From contig JAUSGQ010000007.1 in NCBI GenBank assembly GCA_030674455.1, positions 19,947 to 83,946 of the forward strand: a stretch of 64,000 nt of DNA, read 5' to 3'. The notes beneath the pieces were generated by a model. It was not told the origin of the DNA. It worked only from the letters and a program-made list of their open reading frames with translations, and made no database searches. A program made the translations under genes and the position numbers. This stretch comes from a bacterium. Lineage in GTDB: Bacteria; Patescibacteriota; Minisyncoccia; Phycocordibacterales; UBA2100. Positions 9,673 through 18,889 of the stretch are shown one piece after another (position 1 is the stretch's first letter; every line of letters begins with the position of its first letter).

Positions 9673-10037
9673 GCTGTAAAGAAATTTATAACACGAGGAG
9701 TAAAGATAATGAGACCGATGAGGAGCGCTGTTAAAGCCGCAACAGATACGGCTGCGGCTGAAAGGTCCTTGATTTTTCCAATGTGAGGGTCGTGAGTGGG
9801 TTGGAATTTATCGCAGAGTTCTTCAAGCGCAGTATTAAAAAGTTCGGCGACGATCACAAAACTAATCATTGTGAGTATGATTAGAAATTCAATTATCGAA
9901 ACGCTGAAAATATAGGAAAAAAGAATCGTGAGAGACATCCATGCAATATGGAATCTGAAATTTGACTCTTCGCGCCAGACGATCAGAAGCCCATTGGCCG
10001 GATACTTAAATCGTTTAAAGTATTCTTTTAATGACAT
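9669..10037 (-). CDS. dgkA: diacylglycerol/undecaprenol kinase family protein
   Basis: EELFNTALE motif, 3 TM helices, 122 aa. Confidence 0.75.
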   Translation of the reverse strand: MSLKEYFKRFKYPANGLLIVWREESNFRFHIAWMSLTILFSYIFSVSIIEFLIILTMISFVIVAELFNTALEELCDKFQPTHDPHIGKIKDLSAAAVSVAALTALLIGLIIFTPRVINFFTA

Positions 10038-10046
10038 ACGAACTTA

Positions 10047-10838
10047 TCAGATACCAGCAAATGTAACCGCTACAAAAATGAACGCTATGCCCAATGCCGT
10101 CATTACAGTTGTCCACAGAGTCGGATGCTGGTGATGGCTCTCGGGCAAGAGGTCGCTTGCCCCGATATACAAAAAGAACCCGCAAAAAAGAGCAAGCGCG
10201 ATCCCAAGAATGTGCTCCGGCAATGTAAAGAAGATGCTTAAAAAGATTCCCATTACGGGTGCAAGAGCGTCGGTCGCGAGCCATTTGAAGGCGCTTTGTT
10301 TGCTACCGCCGTTTTTTAGAATAATGCTGACCGTGTTTATGCCGTCGGAAAAACCATGCGCCAAGACAGCAACAGCAACGATGGCGCCGACAGCAGCCGA
10401 AACCTGAAATGCCAATCCGACAGCAATTCCGTCGAGGAAACTATGTATTGAAAGGCTTCCGGCGCCGATAATCCCTCTTCCACAATGTCCGTCAGAGCCT
10501 GTGGCAGCGGCTTGACCATGCCCTGGTTCATCAGTGTGCGCATGAAGTGTTATGCATCGGTCTAAAAAAAGATACGCGACAAAGCCGAGAGCGACGACGC
10601 TTGTAATTATCGAGATGCCAAAATTCTCCCCCGCAAGAGCGAGTGATTCAGGGAGCAAATCAAAAAAAGCCACCCCGATTACAGAGCCAGCGCTGAATCC
10701 AAGAACAAGGTGTAGACGGTCGGTATATTTCAAAGCGAGCAGTCCACCCAAAAAAGTGGTTGCAAAAGCGATAAGCGCCACGAGAGTGAGCATTAAAGAA
10801 TTATACCAGTAAAACCTCATTAGAAGCGTCGCGGGCAT
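10047..10838 (-). CDS. zupT: ZIP-family metal (zinc) transporter
   Basis: HSFLDGIAVG and HGFSDG motifs. Confidence 0.8.
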   Translation of the reverse strand: MPATLLMRFYWYNSLMLTLVALIAFATTFLGGLLALKYTDRLHLVLGFSAGSVIGVAFFDLLPESLALAGENFGISIITSVVALGFVAYLFLDRCITLHAHTDEPGHGQAAATGSDGHCGRGIIGAGSLSIHSFLDGIAVGLAFQVSAAVGAIVAVAVLAHGFSDGINTVSIILKNGGSKQSAFKWLATDALAPVMGIFLSIFFTLPEHILGIALALFCGFFLYIGASDLLPESHHQHPTLWTTVMTALGIAFIFVAVTFAGI

Positions 10839-10956
10839 ATTCGCGCTCGCTAAAACAATGATTGATTAGTTAAATACGAGCTAAATCTTGCAGAACCTGT
10901 TTCTAACGGGGCAGGCCGTAATGGTTGATAATGCTTCGTAAAAATTATAGACTCCA

Positions 10957-12474
10957 TTGGCTATGGAAAAGACTAAGAATATCTTGCTGAAACGGCCATG
11001 GGTTACCGGTGTGGTCGTTATCGTTGCCGCTCTTGGCTTATGGTATTTCACGCGCTCAAATCAACCAGAGACAATCGACTATGTCGTAGTGGAACGCGGC
11101 ACTGTCGCACAGCTGGTTTCTGTGACAGGCATTGTAAAGGCCGCGAGCGAAGTAGACCTATCGTTTGAAAAAGGCGGCAAAATTACAGGAGTCTTTCACG
11201 GCGTTGGAGAAAGGGTAGGCGCCGGTTCAGCGCTCGTATCTATAGGCAGCGGGGAACTCTCGGCGCAAATAGCGCAGGCAGAGGCAGATGTAAAAGCCCA
11301 ACAGGCGAAACTTGCAGAGCTGGAGCGGGGGGCACGGCCGGAAGACATCGCTGTTTCAGAAGTTGATGTCGAGAATGCAAAAAATGATGTAGTAAATAGC
11401 ATACAGAGTGCGTATCTGAATGCAGACGACGCAATGCGCAACAAGGTTGACCAGCTGTTCTCAAATCCGCGTTCAGATTCTCCCACGTTTAATTTCAATC
11501 TTAGCGATTCGAAACTTAAAAACAAGCTCGAAACGGAACGAGTTCTGATAGAAACTCTATTAAGGAGCTGGAATACCGAGATTTCTAATTCCATTGTAGA
11601 GGTTGACGTCGAACCGTACATCACATTGACAAAAAATAATTTGGCGACGGTACAGAGCTTTCTTGACGAAGTCGCGTTCGCGGTCAACTCCCTGCAATCA
11701 AGCACGTTACTAACTCAAACGACGCTCGACGCCTATAGAGCTGCCATACTTGCCGGCAGAACCAACGTCTCAAATGCGATTGACAGTATAGTTTCTGAGC
11801 AAGAAACTTTACGTACTGCCGTATCAAAATTGGCACTAAAGAAAGCGGGCACAAGTAAAGAGGAAATTGACGCACAAGCGGCTAGAGTGGCCTCGGTGGA
11901 AGCAAGCGTTTTGAATCTCAAAGCTCAGCTCGCAAAGACCGTGATTTATTCGCCTATCTCCGGCATAGTAACGAAACAAGATGCAAAACTTGGAGAGATA
12001 GCTACTGCGGGAACTGTTCTCACATCTATAATTTCAGACGCTAAATATCAAATCGAAGCCAATGTAGCGGAAGCGGATATAGCAAAAATAAAAATCGGCG
12101 ATGACGCGCGCGTAACCCTTGATGCGTACGGCAGCGATGTTGTGTTTGGCGCCCGCGTAACAAAAATAGACCCGGCCGAAACTATCATTGACGGAGTGCC
12201 GACGTATAAAACGACTCTGCAATTTGTGCAGAATGATGCGCGAATTCGCTCCGGCATGACGGCAAATACGGATATCGCGGGACAAAAGCGTGAGACTGTA
12301 CTTTTTATTCCGGGCCGCGCCGTTCTAGGAAAGGGGACCGATAAGACAGTAGCCCTAGTAGGGGGTGCGACGACGACCGAAGTTAAAATCGAAACGGGTT
12401 TGCGCGGTTCGAACGGGGACGTGGAAGTGATATCCGGGCTTAACGAAGGCGACAGAATAAAGGCCAGCCAATAA
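10957..12474 (+). CDS. HlyD/MacA-like periplasmic adaptor (efflux membrane-fusion protein)
   Basis: N-terminal TM anchor, a coiled-coil region and a C-terminal beta-barrel domain. It is followed by ABC ATPase and FtsX permease genes. Confidence 0.75.
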   Translation: MAMEKTKNILLKRPWVTGVVVIVAALGLWYFTRSNQPETIDYVVVERGTVAQLVSVTGIVKAASEVDLSFEKGGKITGVFHGVGERVGAGSALVSIGSGELSAQIAQAEADVKAQQAKLAELERGARPEDIAVSEVDVENAKNDVVNSIQSAYLNADDAMRNKVDQLFSNPRSDSPTFNFNLSDSKLKNKLETERVLIETLLRSWNTEISNSIVEVDVEPYITLTKNNLATVQSFLDEVAFAVNSLQSSTLLTQTTLDAYRAAILAGRTNVSNAIDSIVSEQETLRTAVSKLALKKAGTSKEEIDAQAARVASVEASVLNLKAQLAKTVIYSPISGIVTKQDAKLGEIATAGTVLTSIISDAKYQIEANVAEADIAKIKIGDDARVTLDAYGSDVVFGARVTKIDPAETIIDGVPTYKTTLQFVQNDARIRSGMTANTDIAGQKRETVLFIPGRAVLGKGTDKTVALVGGATTTEVKIETGLRGSNGDVEVISGLNEGDRIKASQ

Positions 12475-12498
12475 CATCTGCAAACTAAGATTTGTGAT

Positions 12499-13230
12499 TT
12501 GGAACTTGCGAAGCATATGCCTCTCATTGAAGTGAAGAATCTCGAGAAAACGTATCACGATGAGGAGGTCGCGACTCAAGTGTTGTTTGGTCTGGACATC
12601 AAGATAAATAAGGGCGAATTTGTGGCCATCATGGGACCATCGGGTTCAGGAAAATCCACGCTTCTTCAGATCCTTGGATTTCTTGACCCGCCCACGGGAG
12701 GCGAGTACTTATTTGATAATAAGAACTCAACGGATTATTCCGAATATGAGGTCGCAAAAGTGAGAAACGAGCGGCTCGGATTTATTTTTCAGTCTTTTAA
12801 CCTGCTTCCGAGAACGACGGTGCTCGATAATGTGAAGCTTCCGCTTGTGTACTCTTCAACGAAGGAGGAGCTTTGGGATGGCATCGCGCGCAAAGCGGTG
12901 GATTCGGTGGGGCTTTCGCATCGCCTCGACTTTGAGCCTTCACAGTTGTCAGGCGGGGAAAAACAGAGAGTCGCTATTGCCCGCGCGCTTGTAAATAATC
13001 CGGATGTCATTTTTGCAGATGAACCAACCGGGAATCTTGATTCAAAATCGGGCGAGATTGTGATGGGCATCATCGGGATGCTTCACGCGAAATTTGGCCA
13101 CACGATAGTCCTCATCACGCACGAAACATATACTGCCGAATACGCCGAGAGAATTATTAAATTGCGCGACGGCAGGATTGAAAGCGACATGAAAGTCGCC
13201 AACCGCCGCGCAGGCGGTTTTATCAAGTAA
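12499..13230 (+). CDS. ABC transporter ATP-binding protein (MacB/LolD-like)
   Basis: Walker A GPSGSGKST, signature LSGGEKQR and Walker B IFADEPTGNLD. The start may be Met at 12517. Confidence 0.9.
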   Translation: MELAKHMPLIEVKNLEKTYHDEEVATQVLFGLDIKINKGEFVAIMGPSGSGKSTLLQILGFLDPPTGGEYLFDNKNSTDYSEYEVAKVRNERLGFIFQSFNLLPRTTVLDNVKLPLVYSSTKEELWDGIARKAVDSVGLSHRLDFEPSQLSGGEKQRVAIARALVNNPDVIFADEPTGNLDSKSGEIVMGIIGMLHAKFGHTIVLITHETYTAEYAERIIKLRDGRIESDMKVANRRAGGFIK

Positions 13231-13238
13231 CAAATCGT

Positions 13239-14477
13239 ATGCCGATTAACCACGCCATTCAAACGGCCTTTCGGGGGCTTAAAGCGAACAAAACACGCTC
13301 TGCACTCACCATACTAGGGATAGTAATCGGGGTCACGGCCATCATCATGGTGGTTTCGCTCGGGCAGGGCGCAAAGAACCTGATTTTAGGCCAAATTCAG
13401 GGTATTGGGGCGAAAACTATCGGCATTGTCCCGGGCCGTCAACCCAAAGGTCCGACTGATATTTTGGCAACGCTCACCGCGTCGCTAAAGGCGCGGGACA
13501 TCGTTGCATTGTCTCGAAAAGATAATGTACCGCATGCGCAGGACATCATGCCAGTAGTTTTTGGAAGCGAGACCGCGTCATACGGAGGTGAAACCTACAG
13601 GCCGACGATATTCGGGGGCAATGAACTGATGGCCGACATTTACGATTCGTATCCCGATCGCGGCAGAAGCATAACGGCAGACGACGTGCGCAGCTCCGCG
13701 GACGTGGTTGTCTTAGGTCAAACGGTAGTTGAAAAGCTTTCTCCCGACCATGACCTTTTGAACGAACGCATAAAAATCAAAGGTAGGAATTTCTTGGTAA
13801 TCGGAATACTTCCGAAAAAGGGCGGGGCCTCATTCATTAACTTTGATGAAATGGCGCTCATGCCGTACACAACCGCTCAAAATTATATTTTTGGCATCAA
13901 GCACTTTAATCGCGTGGTAGTAAGGGCTGACGATGAGTTGAATGTTGATGTGACTGTTAATGACATAAAGTCTACGCTTAGAGAACTGCACGGTATTACC
14001 GACCCGGAGAAAGACGATTTTGGCATTGAGACGCAGGCCGATGCACTGAAAACAGTCGGTACGATCCTCACCACCATGACGGTATTTCTGGCTATGGTTG
14101 CGGCAATATCGCTCGTAGTGGGAGGCATAGGAATTATGAACATAATGCTTGTTTCCGTGACGGACAGAACGCGGGAAATCGGGCTGCGAAAAGCGCTCGG
14201 CGCGACCAATAGAGACATTCTTATGCAATTCCTGCTTGAGGCAATCATCTTGACCGGCATTGGGGGAATCGTAGGCATTTTATTGGGTACCGGACTTTCA
14301 TTTGCAATTTCTTTAGTGATTACAAATGTGTTCGGTCTGATTTGGTCGTTTACATTCCCTCTAGGCGCTGCGATAGTCGGGATTCTAATTTCAACCATTG
14401 TTGGTCTTGTGTTCGGTCTTTACCCCGCTAGAAAGGCCTCACTGATGAGTCCTATTGAGGCTCTTCGGCACGAGTAG
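13239..14477 (+). CDS. ABC transporter permease, FtsX/MacB family
   Basis: MacB-type periplasmic domain and a C-terminal FtsX 4-TM domain. Confidence 0.85.
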   Translation: MPINHAIQTAFRGLKANKTRSALTILGIVIGVTAIIMVVSLGQGAKNLILGQIQGIGAKTIGIVPGRQPKGPTDILATLTASLKARDIVALSRKDNVPHAQDIMPVVFGSETASYGGETYRPTIFGGNELMADIYDSYPDRGRSITADDVRSSADVVVLGQTVVEKLSPDHDLLNERIKIKGRNFLVIGILPKKGGASFINFDEMALMPYTTAQNYIFGIKHFNRVVVRADDELNVDVTVNDIKSTLRELHGITDPEKDDFGIETQADALKTVGTILTTMTVFLAMVAAISLVVGGIGIMNIMLVSVTDRTREIGLRKALGATNRDILMQFLLEAIILTGIGGIVGILLGTGLSFAISLVITNVFGLIWSFTFPLGAAIVGILISTIVGLVFGLYPARKASLMSPIEALRHE

Positions 14478-14532
14478 CCTTTATTCACTTGCAGCGAATT
14501 CAAAGAGCGCGCTGGCTTTCATACGGGGCAGG

Positions 14533-14587
14533 CCCCGCTAGAAAGGCCTCACTGATGAGTCCTATTGAAGCCCTTAGACACGAATAA
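14533..14587 (+). pseudogene. duplicate of the permease 3' terminus (encodes PARKASLMSPIEALRHE*), part of a ~110-bp tandem duplication
   Basis: The first 37 nt are identical to 14423..14459. The last 6 codons differ only synonymously, so the peptide is identical. Confidence 0.75.
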
Positions 14588-14686
14588 ACTTAATTATCTT
14601 GCTGTGTAAGTTATTGATCACGCTGGCCTCCTTACGGGGCATGCGACCGCCAAAGAAACTTTCTCAATTTTGCCAAGACAGAATGT

Positions 14687-14718
14687 CAACGATATCTCAC
14701 GGTCGTGAGATATCGTTG
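14687..14718. promoter_or_regulatory. perfect 15-bp inverted repeat CAACGATATCTCACG-GT-CGTGAGATATCGTTG (operator-like)
   Basis: The palindrome is visible on inspection. There is no T-run, so it is not a typical terminator. Confidence 0.4.
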
Positions 14719-15019
14719 AATGCTTGTGAGCTCCAAAATATGAAACTTAGCGCGCTTACGCAGTCCTAGAAATCGCAAATATGATACAATCGCCATCTAT
14801 GAATATTGACGAGTTGCAAGAAAAAAGCGACAAGATGTTCCATGACCATGGCGATATTCTTATAAAAGTCTTTTCCGTTCTCGTTGCGTTTATTCTCCTG
14901 GCTCTTTGGTTTGCATCTACTGTCCGTCCGCAGGATTTTGCGCCAACCGATATTCAGCAACAAAATAGCTAGAATCTGTTGCGCTGACTCGCCTCATTCA
15001 TACATGGTATTATCAACGT

Positions 15020-16483
15020 ATGGCCGAAAGCGATATTCGAGATGAGCGCTTAAAAAAGCTTGAAAAGTTGAGAGAGGCAGGCATGGAGGCATATCCGGCC
15101 GATTCCCATCGAGACATCAGCATCGGTGATGCCATCGCTACATTTGACGAATTGGAAGCCAGCGGCAAGAAGCTCCACATTGGCGGGCGCATAATGTCGC
15201 TGCGCGGACAGGGCGGAATTGTATTTGCCGACCTTTTTGACGGAACCGGCCGGTTGCAAATAGTTCTTCAGAAGGCGGATATGGATGAATCTCTGTACGC
15301 GCTTTTCACAGAATGCGTCGATACCGGAGATTTTATTGAAGTATTTGGTATAGCATTTAAAACGAAGCGAGGCGAGCCTTCTATCAAAGTCGAAAAGTGG
15401 AGAATGCTTGCAAAAGCGTTGCTTCCGATACCCGACGAGTGGTTTGGGCTAAAGGATGAAGAAAAGCGTCTTCGCGAGCGCGCCGTCGACATTTTGCAAA
15501 ATGAGGAGTTGCGGCAAATGATTATTCGCAAGTCGCGATTTTGGTCTGCGTGCAGGACATTTTTTGAGAAAAAAGGCTTCATGGAAGTTGAAACTCCCGT
15601 ACTCGAAACTTCGCCGGGCGGAGCCGAGGCGAGGCCGTTCATAACGCATCACAATGCGCTCGATATAGACGTGTACCTGCGAATCTCCGCGGGCGAATTG
15701 TGGCAAAAAAGATTGCTTGTCGCAGGATTCCCCAAAATCTTTGAAATAGGGCGTATTTTCCGAAATGAGGGACAGTCCCGAGAGCATTTGCAAGATTACA
15801 CGCAGGTGGAATTTTATGAGGCGTATTCCGATTACAAAAACGGGATGATACAGGTGCAGGAACTTTACAGGCATTTGGCTCACGAGGTATATAAGAAGTA
15901 CACATTCACCATAAACGGATACGAGGTGGATTTTGCCGAAGAATGGAAGACGATTGATTTCTCGGAATCCATTAAAGAACACTTTGGCATTGACCCAATC
16001 AACTGCACGGAAAAGCAAGCGATAGACGCGGCGCGCGAGGCGGGTGTGCTATCGCCAAAAGTTGAGCCGAACAAGGAGCGCTCAATCGACAGTTTGTGGA
16101 AACACATTCGCAAAACGATTGCCGGGCCGGCATTTCTCGTCGGAGTGCCGATTTTTCTTGAACCGCTCGCAAAGCGTTCCTCAAAAAATCCGGAAGTTGT
16201 CGAACGATTCCAGGTCATTCTCGCAGGTTCCGAGGTCGGAAAGGGCTTCAGCGAATTAAATGACCCGATTGACCAGCGAAAGCGCTTTGAAGATCAGCAA
16301 AAACTTCGCGACAAAGGCGATGAAGAAGCCCAGCGGCTTGATTTGGACTACGTGCGCACGATGGAATACGGCATGCCGCCGGCATTCGGATTCGGTGTTT
16401 CGGAGCGCCTCTTTGCTTTCCTAGAGGACAAACCGATACACGAGGTGCAGATATTTCCACTTCTTAGGCCGAAGGCGGACTAA
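15020..16483 (+). CDS. lysS: lysyl-tRNA synthetase, class II
   Basis: N-terminal OB fold and class II motifs; 487 aa. Confidence 0.9.
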   Translation: MAESDIRDERLKKLEKLREAGMEAYPADSHRDISIGDAIATFDELEASGKKLHIGGRIMSLRGQGGIVFADLFDGTGRLQIVLQKADMDESLYALFTECVDTGDFIEVFGIAFKTKRGEPSIKVEKWRMLAKALLPIPDEWFGLKDEEKRLRERAVDILQNEELRQMIIRKSRFWSACRTFFEKKGFMEVETPVLETSPGGAEARPFITHHNALDIDVYLRISAGELWQKRLLVAGFPKIFEIGRIFRNEGQSREHLQDYTQVEFYEAYSDYKNGMIQVQELYRHLAHEVYKKYTFTINGYEVDFAEEWKTIDFSESIKEHFGIDPINCTEKQAIDAAREAGVLSPKVEPNKERSIDSLWKHIRKTIAGPAFLVGVPIFLEPLAKRSSKNPEVVERFQVILAGSEVGKGFSELNDPIDQRKRFEDQQKLRDKGDEEAQRLDLDYVRTMEYGMPPAFGFGVSERLFAFLEDKPIHEVQIFPLLRPKAD

Positions 16484-16492
16484 AGCGCGGCT

Positions 16493-16903
16493 ATGAGAGA
16501 GAGTGAATTTGAGGCTCTTGTGCGCGAGGGATTCGAACGGCTACCGAAAGGGGTACGCGAAAAAATAAGGAATGTGGCTCTACTTGTTGAGGACGAGCCG
16601 TCCGCCGAAGTGCGCAAGCGCGAGGGATTACGCAAATACGAAACGCTTCTCGGATATTATCAGGGAATACCGCTTTCCTATCGCGGCGATAATTACGGCG
16701 TTGGCCCTACTTTGCCGGATACCATCACGCTCTATAAACTGCCCATTGAAGACGAAGCGCATGAACTATTAAGGGCCAGCGAATCGCACGATTTTAAGGA
16801 AGCAGTAACCAAGGTCGTCAGAGATACTATTTGGCACGAGTTCGCACATCACTTTGGGATGAATGAGGGTGAGGTGAGCGAGCGCGAAGAAAAACGCCTC
16901 TAA
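16493..16903 (+). CDS. zincin-like metallopeptidase (DUF1025-like, HEFAHH motif)
   Basis: A C-terminal HExxH motif in a protein of about 136 aa. Confidence 0.6.
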   Translation: MRESEFEALVREGFERLPKGVREKIRNVALLVEDEPSAEVRKREGLRKYETLLGYYQGIPLSYRGDNYGVGPTLPDTITLYKLPIEDEAHELLRASESHDFKEAVTKVVRDTIWHEFAHHFGMNEGEVSEREEKRL

Positions 16904-16921
16904 ATGCTATAATCAGTTGGT

Positions 16922-17158
16922 ATGGAAAATCAAGAGGAATTTAAGGTAAGAGGCGAAGAGCTGATAAAAAAGGTCAAAGAGCTAATTAAGGCCGGAAATG
17001 CGCGCCGCATCATAATAAAGAACGAAGCAGGTGAGACCTTTGTTGAGATTCCGCTCACTGTCGGAGCAGTCGGAGCGCTCATAGCGCCGATGCTCGCCGC
17101 AGTCGGCGCAATAGCGGCACTCGTTACAAAATGCACTATTGTCGTGGTGAAAAAATAG
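16922..17158 (+). CDS. DUF4342-like small protein
   Basis: The pattern FKVxGxELxxKVKELIxxGNxRRIIIKNExG...CTIVV is the DUF4342 signature as I recall it. Confidence 0.6.
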   Translation: MENQEEFKVRGEELIKKVKELIKAGNARRIIIKNEAGETFVEIPLTVGAVGALIAPMLAAVGAIAALVTKCTIVVVKK

Positions 17159-17174
17159 AAATCTTTCGACCTGC

Positions 17175-17456
17175 ATGAAAGATAAAATTCAAAATTTGGA
17201 GGCGGAGTTGCTAGAAATAAAAAGCAGAAACGCGCGCGTAGAGGCCGACAAAGCGTGGGAGACAAGCCGATTCAGGATTTTCTCACTGCTCTTAATTACA
17301 TACGGAATCTCCGCATTTATTCTATACGAGATTGGAAATCAAAATCCATTCCGCAATGCTTTTATACCGACGATTGGATATTTTCTCTCTATACAGTCTT
17401 TGCCATTCCTGAAAAGCAGGTGGATACGGTCATATCTTGAGAAACGCTCCGTCTAA
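17175..17456 (+). CDS. hypothetical membrane protein
   Basis: 93 aa with 2 TM helices. Confidence 0.4.
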   Translation: MKDKIQNLEAELLEIKSRNARVEADKAWETSRFRIFSLLLITYGISAFILYEIGNQNPFRNAFIPTIGYFLSIQSLPFLKSRWIRSYLEKRSV

Positions 17457-17461
17457 GCGAT

Positions 17462-18406
17462 ATGCGGCGTCTATGGGGAAACATAGCAATTTTGATGGTA
17501 ATTGCCGGCTTGGCGTATGCGTATCGAGGACCGATTCAAGAGCAATTTGGCGGCTTAGTAGCAAACCTAGAGGCGACGTTTACGCCGTGTCAGAAACCTA
17601 TCGCATACTCACTTGGAACCTTTGATACTCGCTTTGGTATCTCTAAAGAAAGTTTCTTAAGAGCCGTTGCGGACGCAGAGGCAATATGGGAGAAGCCGAT
17701 AGGAAAGAATTTGTTTCAATATTCTTCCGATGGCCGGCTCGCAGTACACCTTATCTATGACTACCGGCAAGAAGCGACAGATAAGCTTAAGAGGCTCGGA
17801 ATAACTGTCGATGCAAGCAGGGCTTCATACGATTCGCTGAAAGTTAAATACTATGAGGTGAAGTCAGCACTGATGCAATCGCAAAAGCAGTACGAAACGG
17901 CTCTTGCTCTATATAAACAACATCTCGATTCTTATAATCAGGAAGTTGAGTCCTGGAATGCGAAGGGCGGAGCGCCTCGGTCGGAATTCGTACGCTTGAG
18001 TAGCGAAAAGCAAAGTCTCGATGCCGAGTTGTCCGCTTTGAAGTCGCTTCAAGATACAGTTAACGGCTATGTCGATGAGGTAAATTCTATAGCTGTTGTA
18101 TTAAATGGAATGGCAAATGCTCTTAATGTTGACGTCGGTAAATACAACACGATTGGCGCTTCGCGAGGCGAGGAATTCACCGAAGGCGATTATCAAAGCA
18201 AAGGAGGCGAGCAAAAAATAGATATATATGAATTCAGCACGCAGAACAAATTGGTGCGGGTATTAGCTCACGAACTGGGGCACGCTCTCGGTCTTGAGCA
18301 CGTGGAGGGTTCGACATCCATAATGTATGAGCTAAATCAAAGCACCAACGAAAAGCTTTCGTCACAGGACCTCGCAGCATTGAAATCAAAATGTGGCATT
18401 AAGTAG
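17462..18406 (+). CDS. matrixin-like zinc metalloprotease (HELGHALGLEH) with coiled-coil insert, membrane-anchored
   Basis: An HExxHxxGxxH zinc-binding motif and an N-terminal TM segment. Confidence 0.65.
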   Translation: MRRLWGNIAILMVIAGLAYAYRGPIQEQFGGLVANLEATFTPCQKPIAYSLGTFDTRFGISKESFLRAVADAEAIWEKPIGKNLFQYSSDGRLAVHLIYDYRQEATDKLKRLGITVDASRASYDSLKVKYYEVKSALMQSQKQYETALALYKQHLDSYNQEVESWNAKGGAPRSEFVRLSSEKQSLDAELSALKSLQDTVNGYVDEVNSIAVVLNGMANALNVDVGKYNTIGASRGEEFTEGDYQSKGGEQKIDIYEFSTQNKLVRVLAHELGHALGLEHVEGSTSIMYELNQSTNEKLSSQDLAALKSKCGIK

Positions 18407-18481
18407 TTGTTATGCAATAATTGAATCCGGCCAAATTATTAATATAATGCCTAGAACCTAATCCCTAACACCTACTTCTAT

Positions 18482-18754
18482 ATGGACTTGACCAAATTAC
18501 CGAAGCAGTTTTGCGAGAATATCGCCGTGGCTTTGTCGAAAGAATATTTTGTCATGAGCATGCTCACAGGCGAAACGGGAGTCACCTATGCGCTTACTCC
18601 GCAGCATATGAAGCGCTTATCACAATATATTGCCTATCAAATCGCAGAATACGAGAAGCAATTCGGCACTATTACGGCAGAGTGGACGCCAAATATTCAA
18701 AGTCCACTACAAACTAAAGACATTATGGATGGAGGTAAAGACAGCAACAAGTAG
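18482..18754 (+). CDS. hypothetical protein
   Basis: 90-aa ORF. Confidence 0.35.
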   Translation: MDLTKLPKQFCENIAVALSKEYFVMSMLTGETGVTYALTPQHMKRLSQYIAYQIAEYEKQFGTITAEWTPNIQSPLQTKDIMDGGKDSNK

Positions 18755-18821
18755 TTTCGACTAGCTCTAAAAATATGGTATAAATTTGACACTCGTCTTC
18801 TCCTTACGAGTGTCGACGAGT

Positions 18822-18872
18822 GGGGGCGGGATGGAATCCTATCATTGCTGTCCGATAGGCCCGCCCCTTTTA
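18822..18872 (+). terminator. GC-rich hairpin GGGGCGGG...CCCGCCCC plus TTTT. It lies 18 nt upstream of the tyrS start and is preceded by a second hairpin at 18788..18814.
   Basis: The stem and T-run are visible on inspection. It may terminate the upstream gene or act as a tyrS leader attenuator. Confidence 0.5.
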
Positions 18873-18889
18873 CATGCTATATTTTCTAC

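Noticed and set aside
14440-14470. CUGAUGAGUCC hammerhead-like core inside the permease 3' end and its duplicate
   Set aside because: No matching stem II (GGAC) / GAAAC / stem III arrangement follows. The match is explained by the codons for LMSP.
18755-18889. T-box riboswitch upstream of tyrS
   Set aside because: The leader is only ~135 nt and has no recognisable T-box antiterminator sequence or specifier-loop architecture. Only generic hairpins are present.
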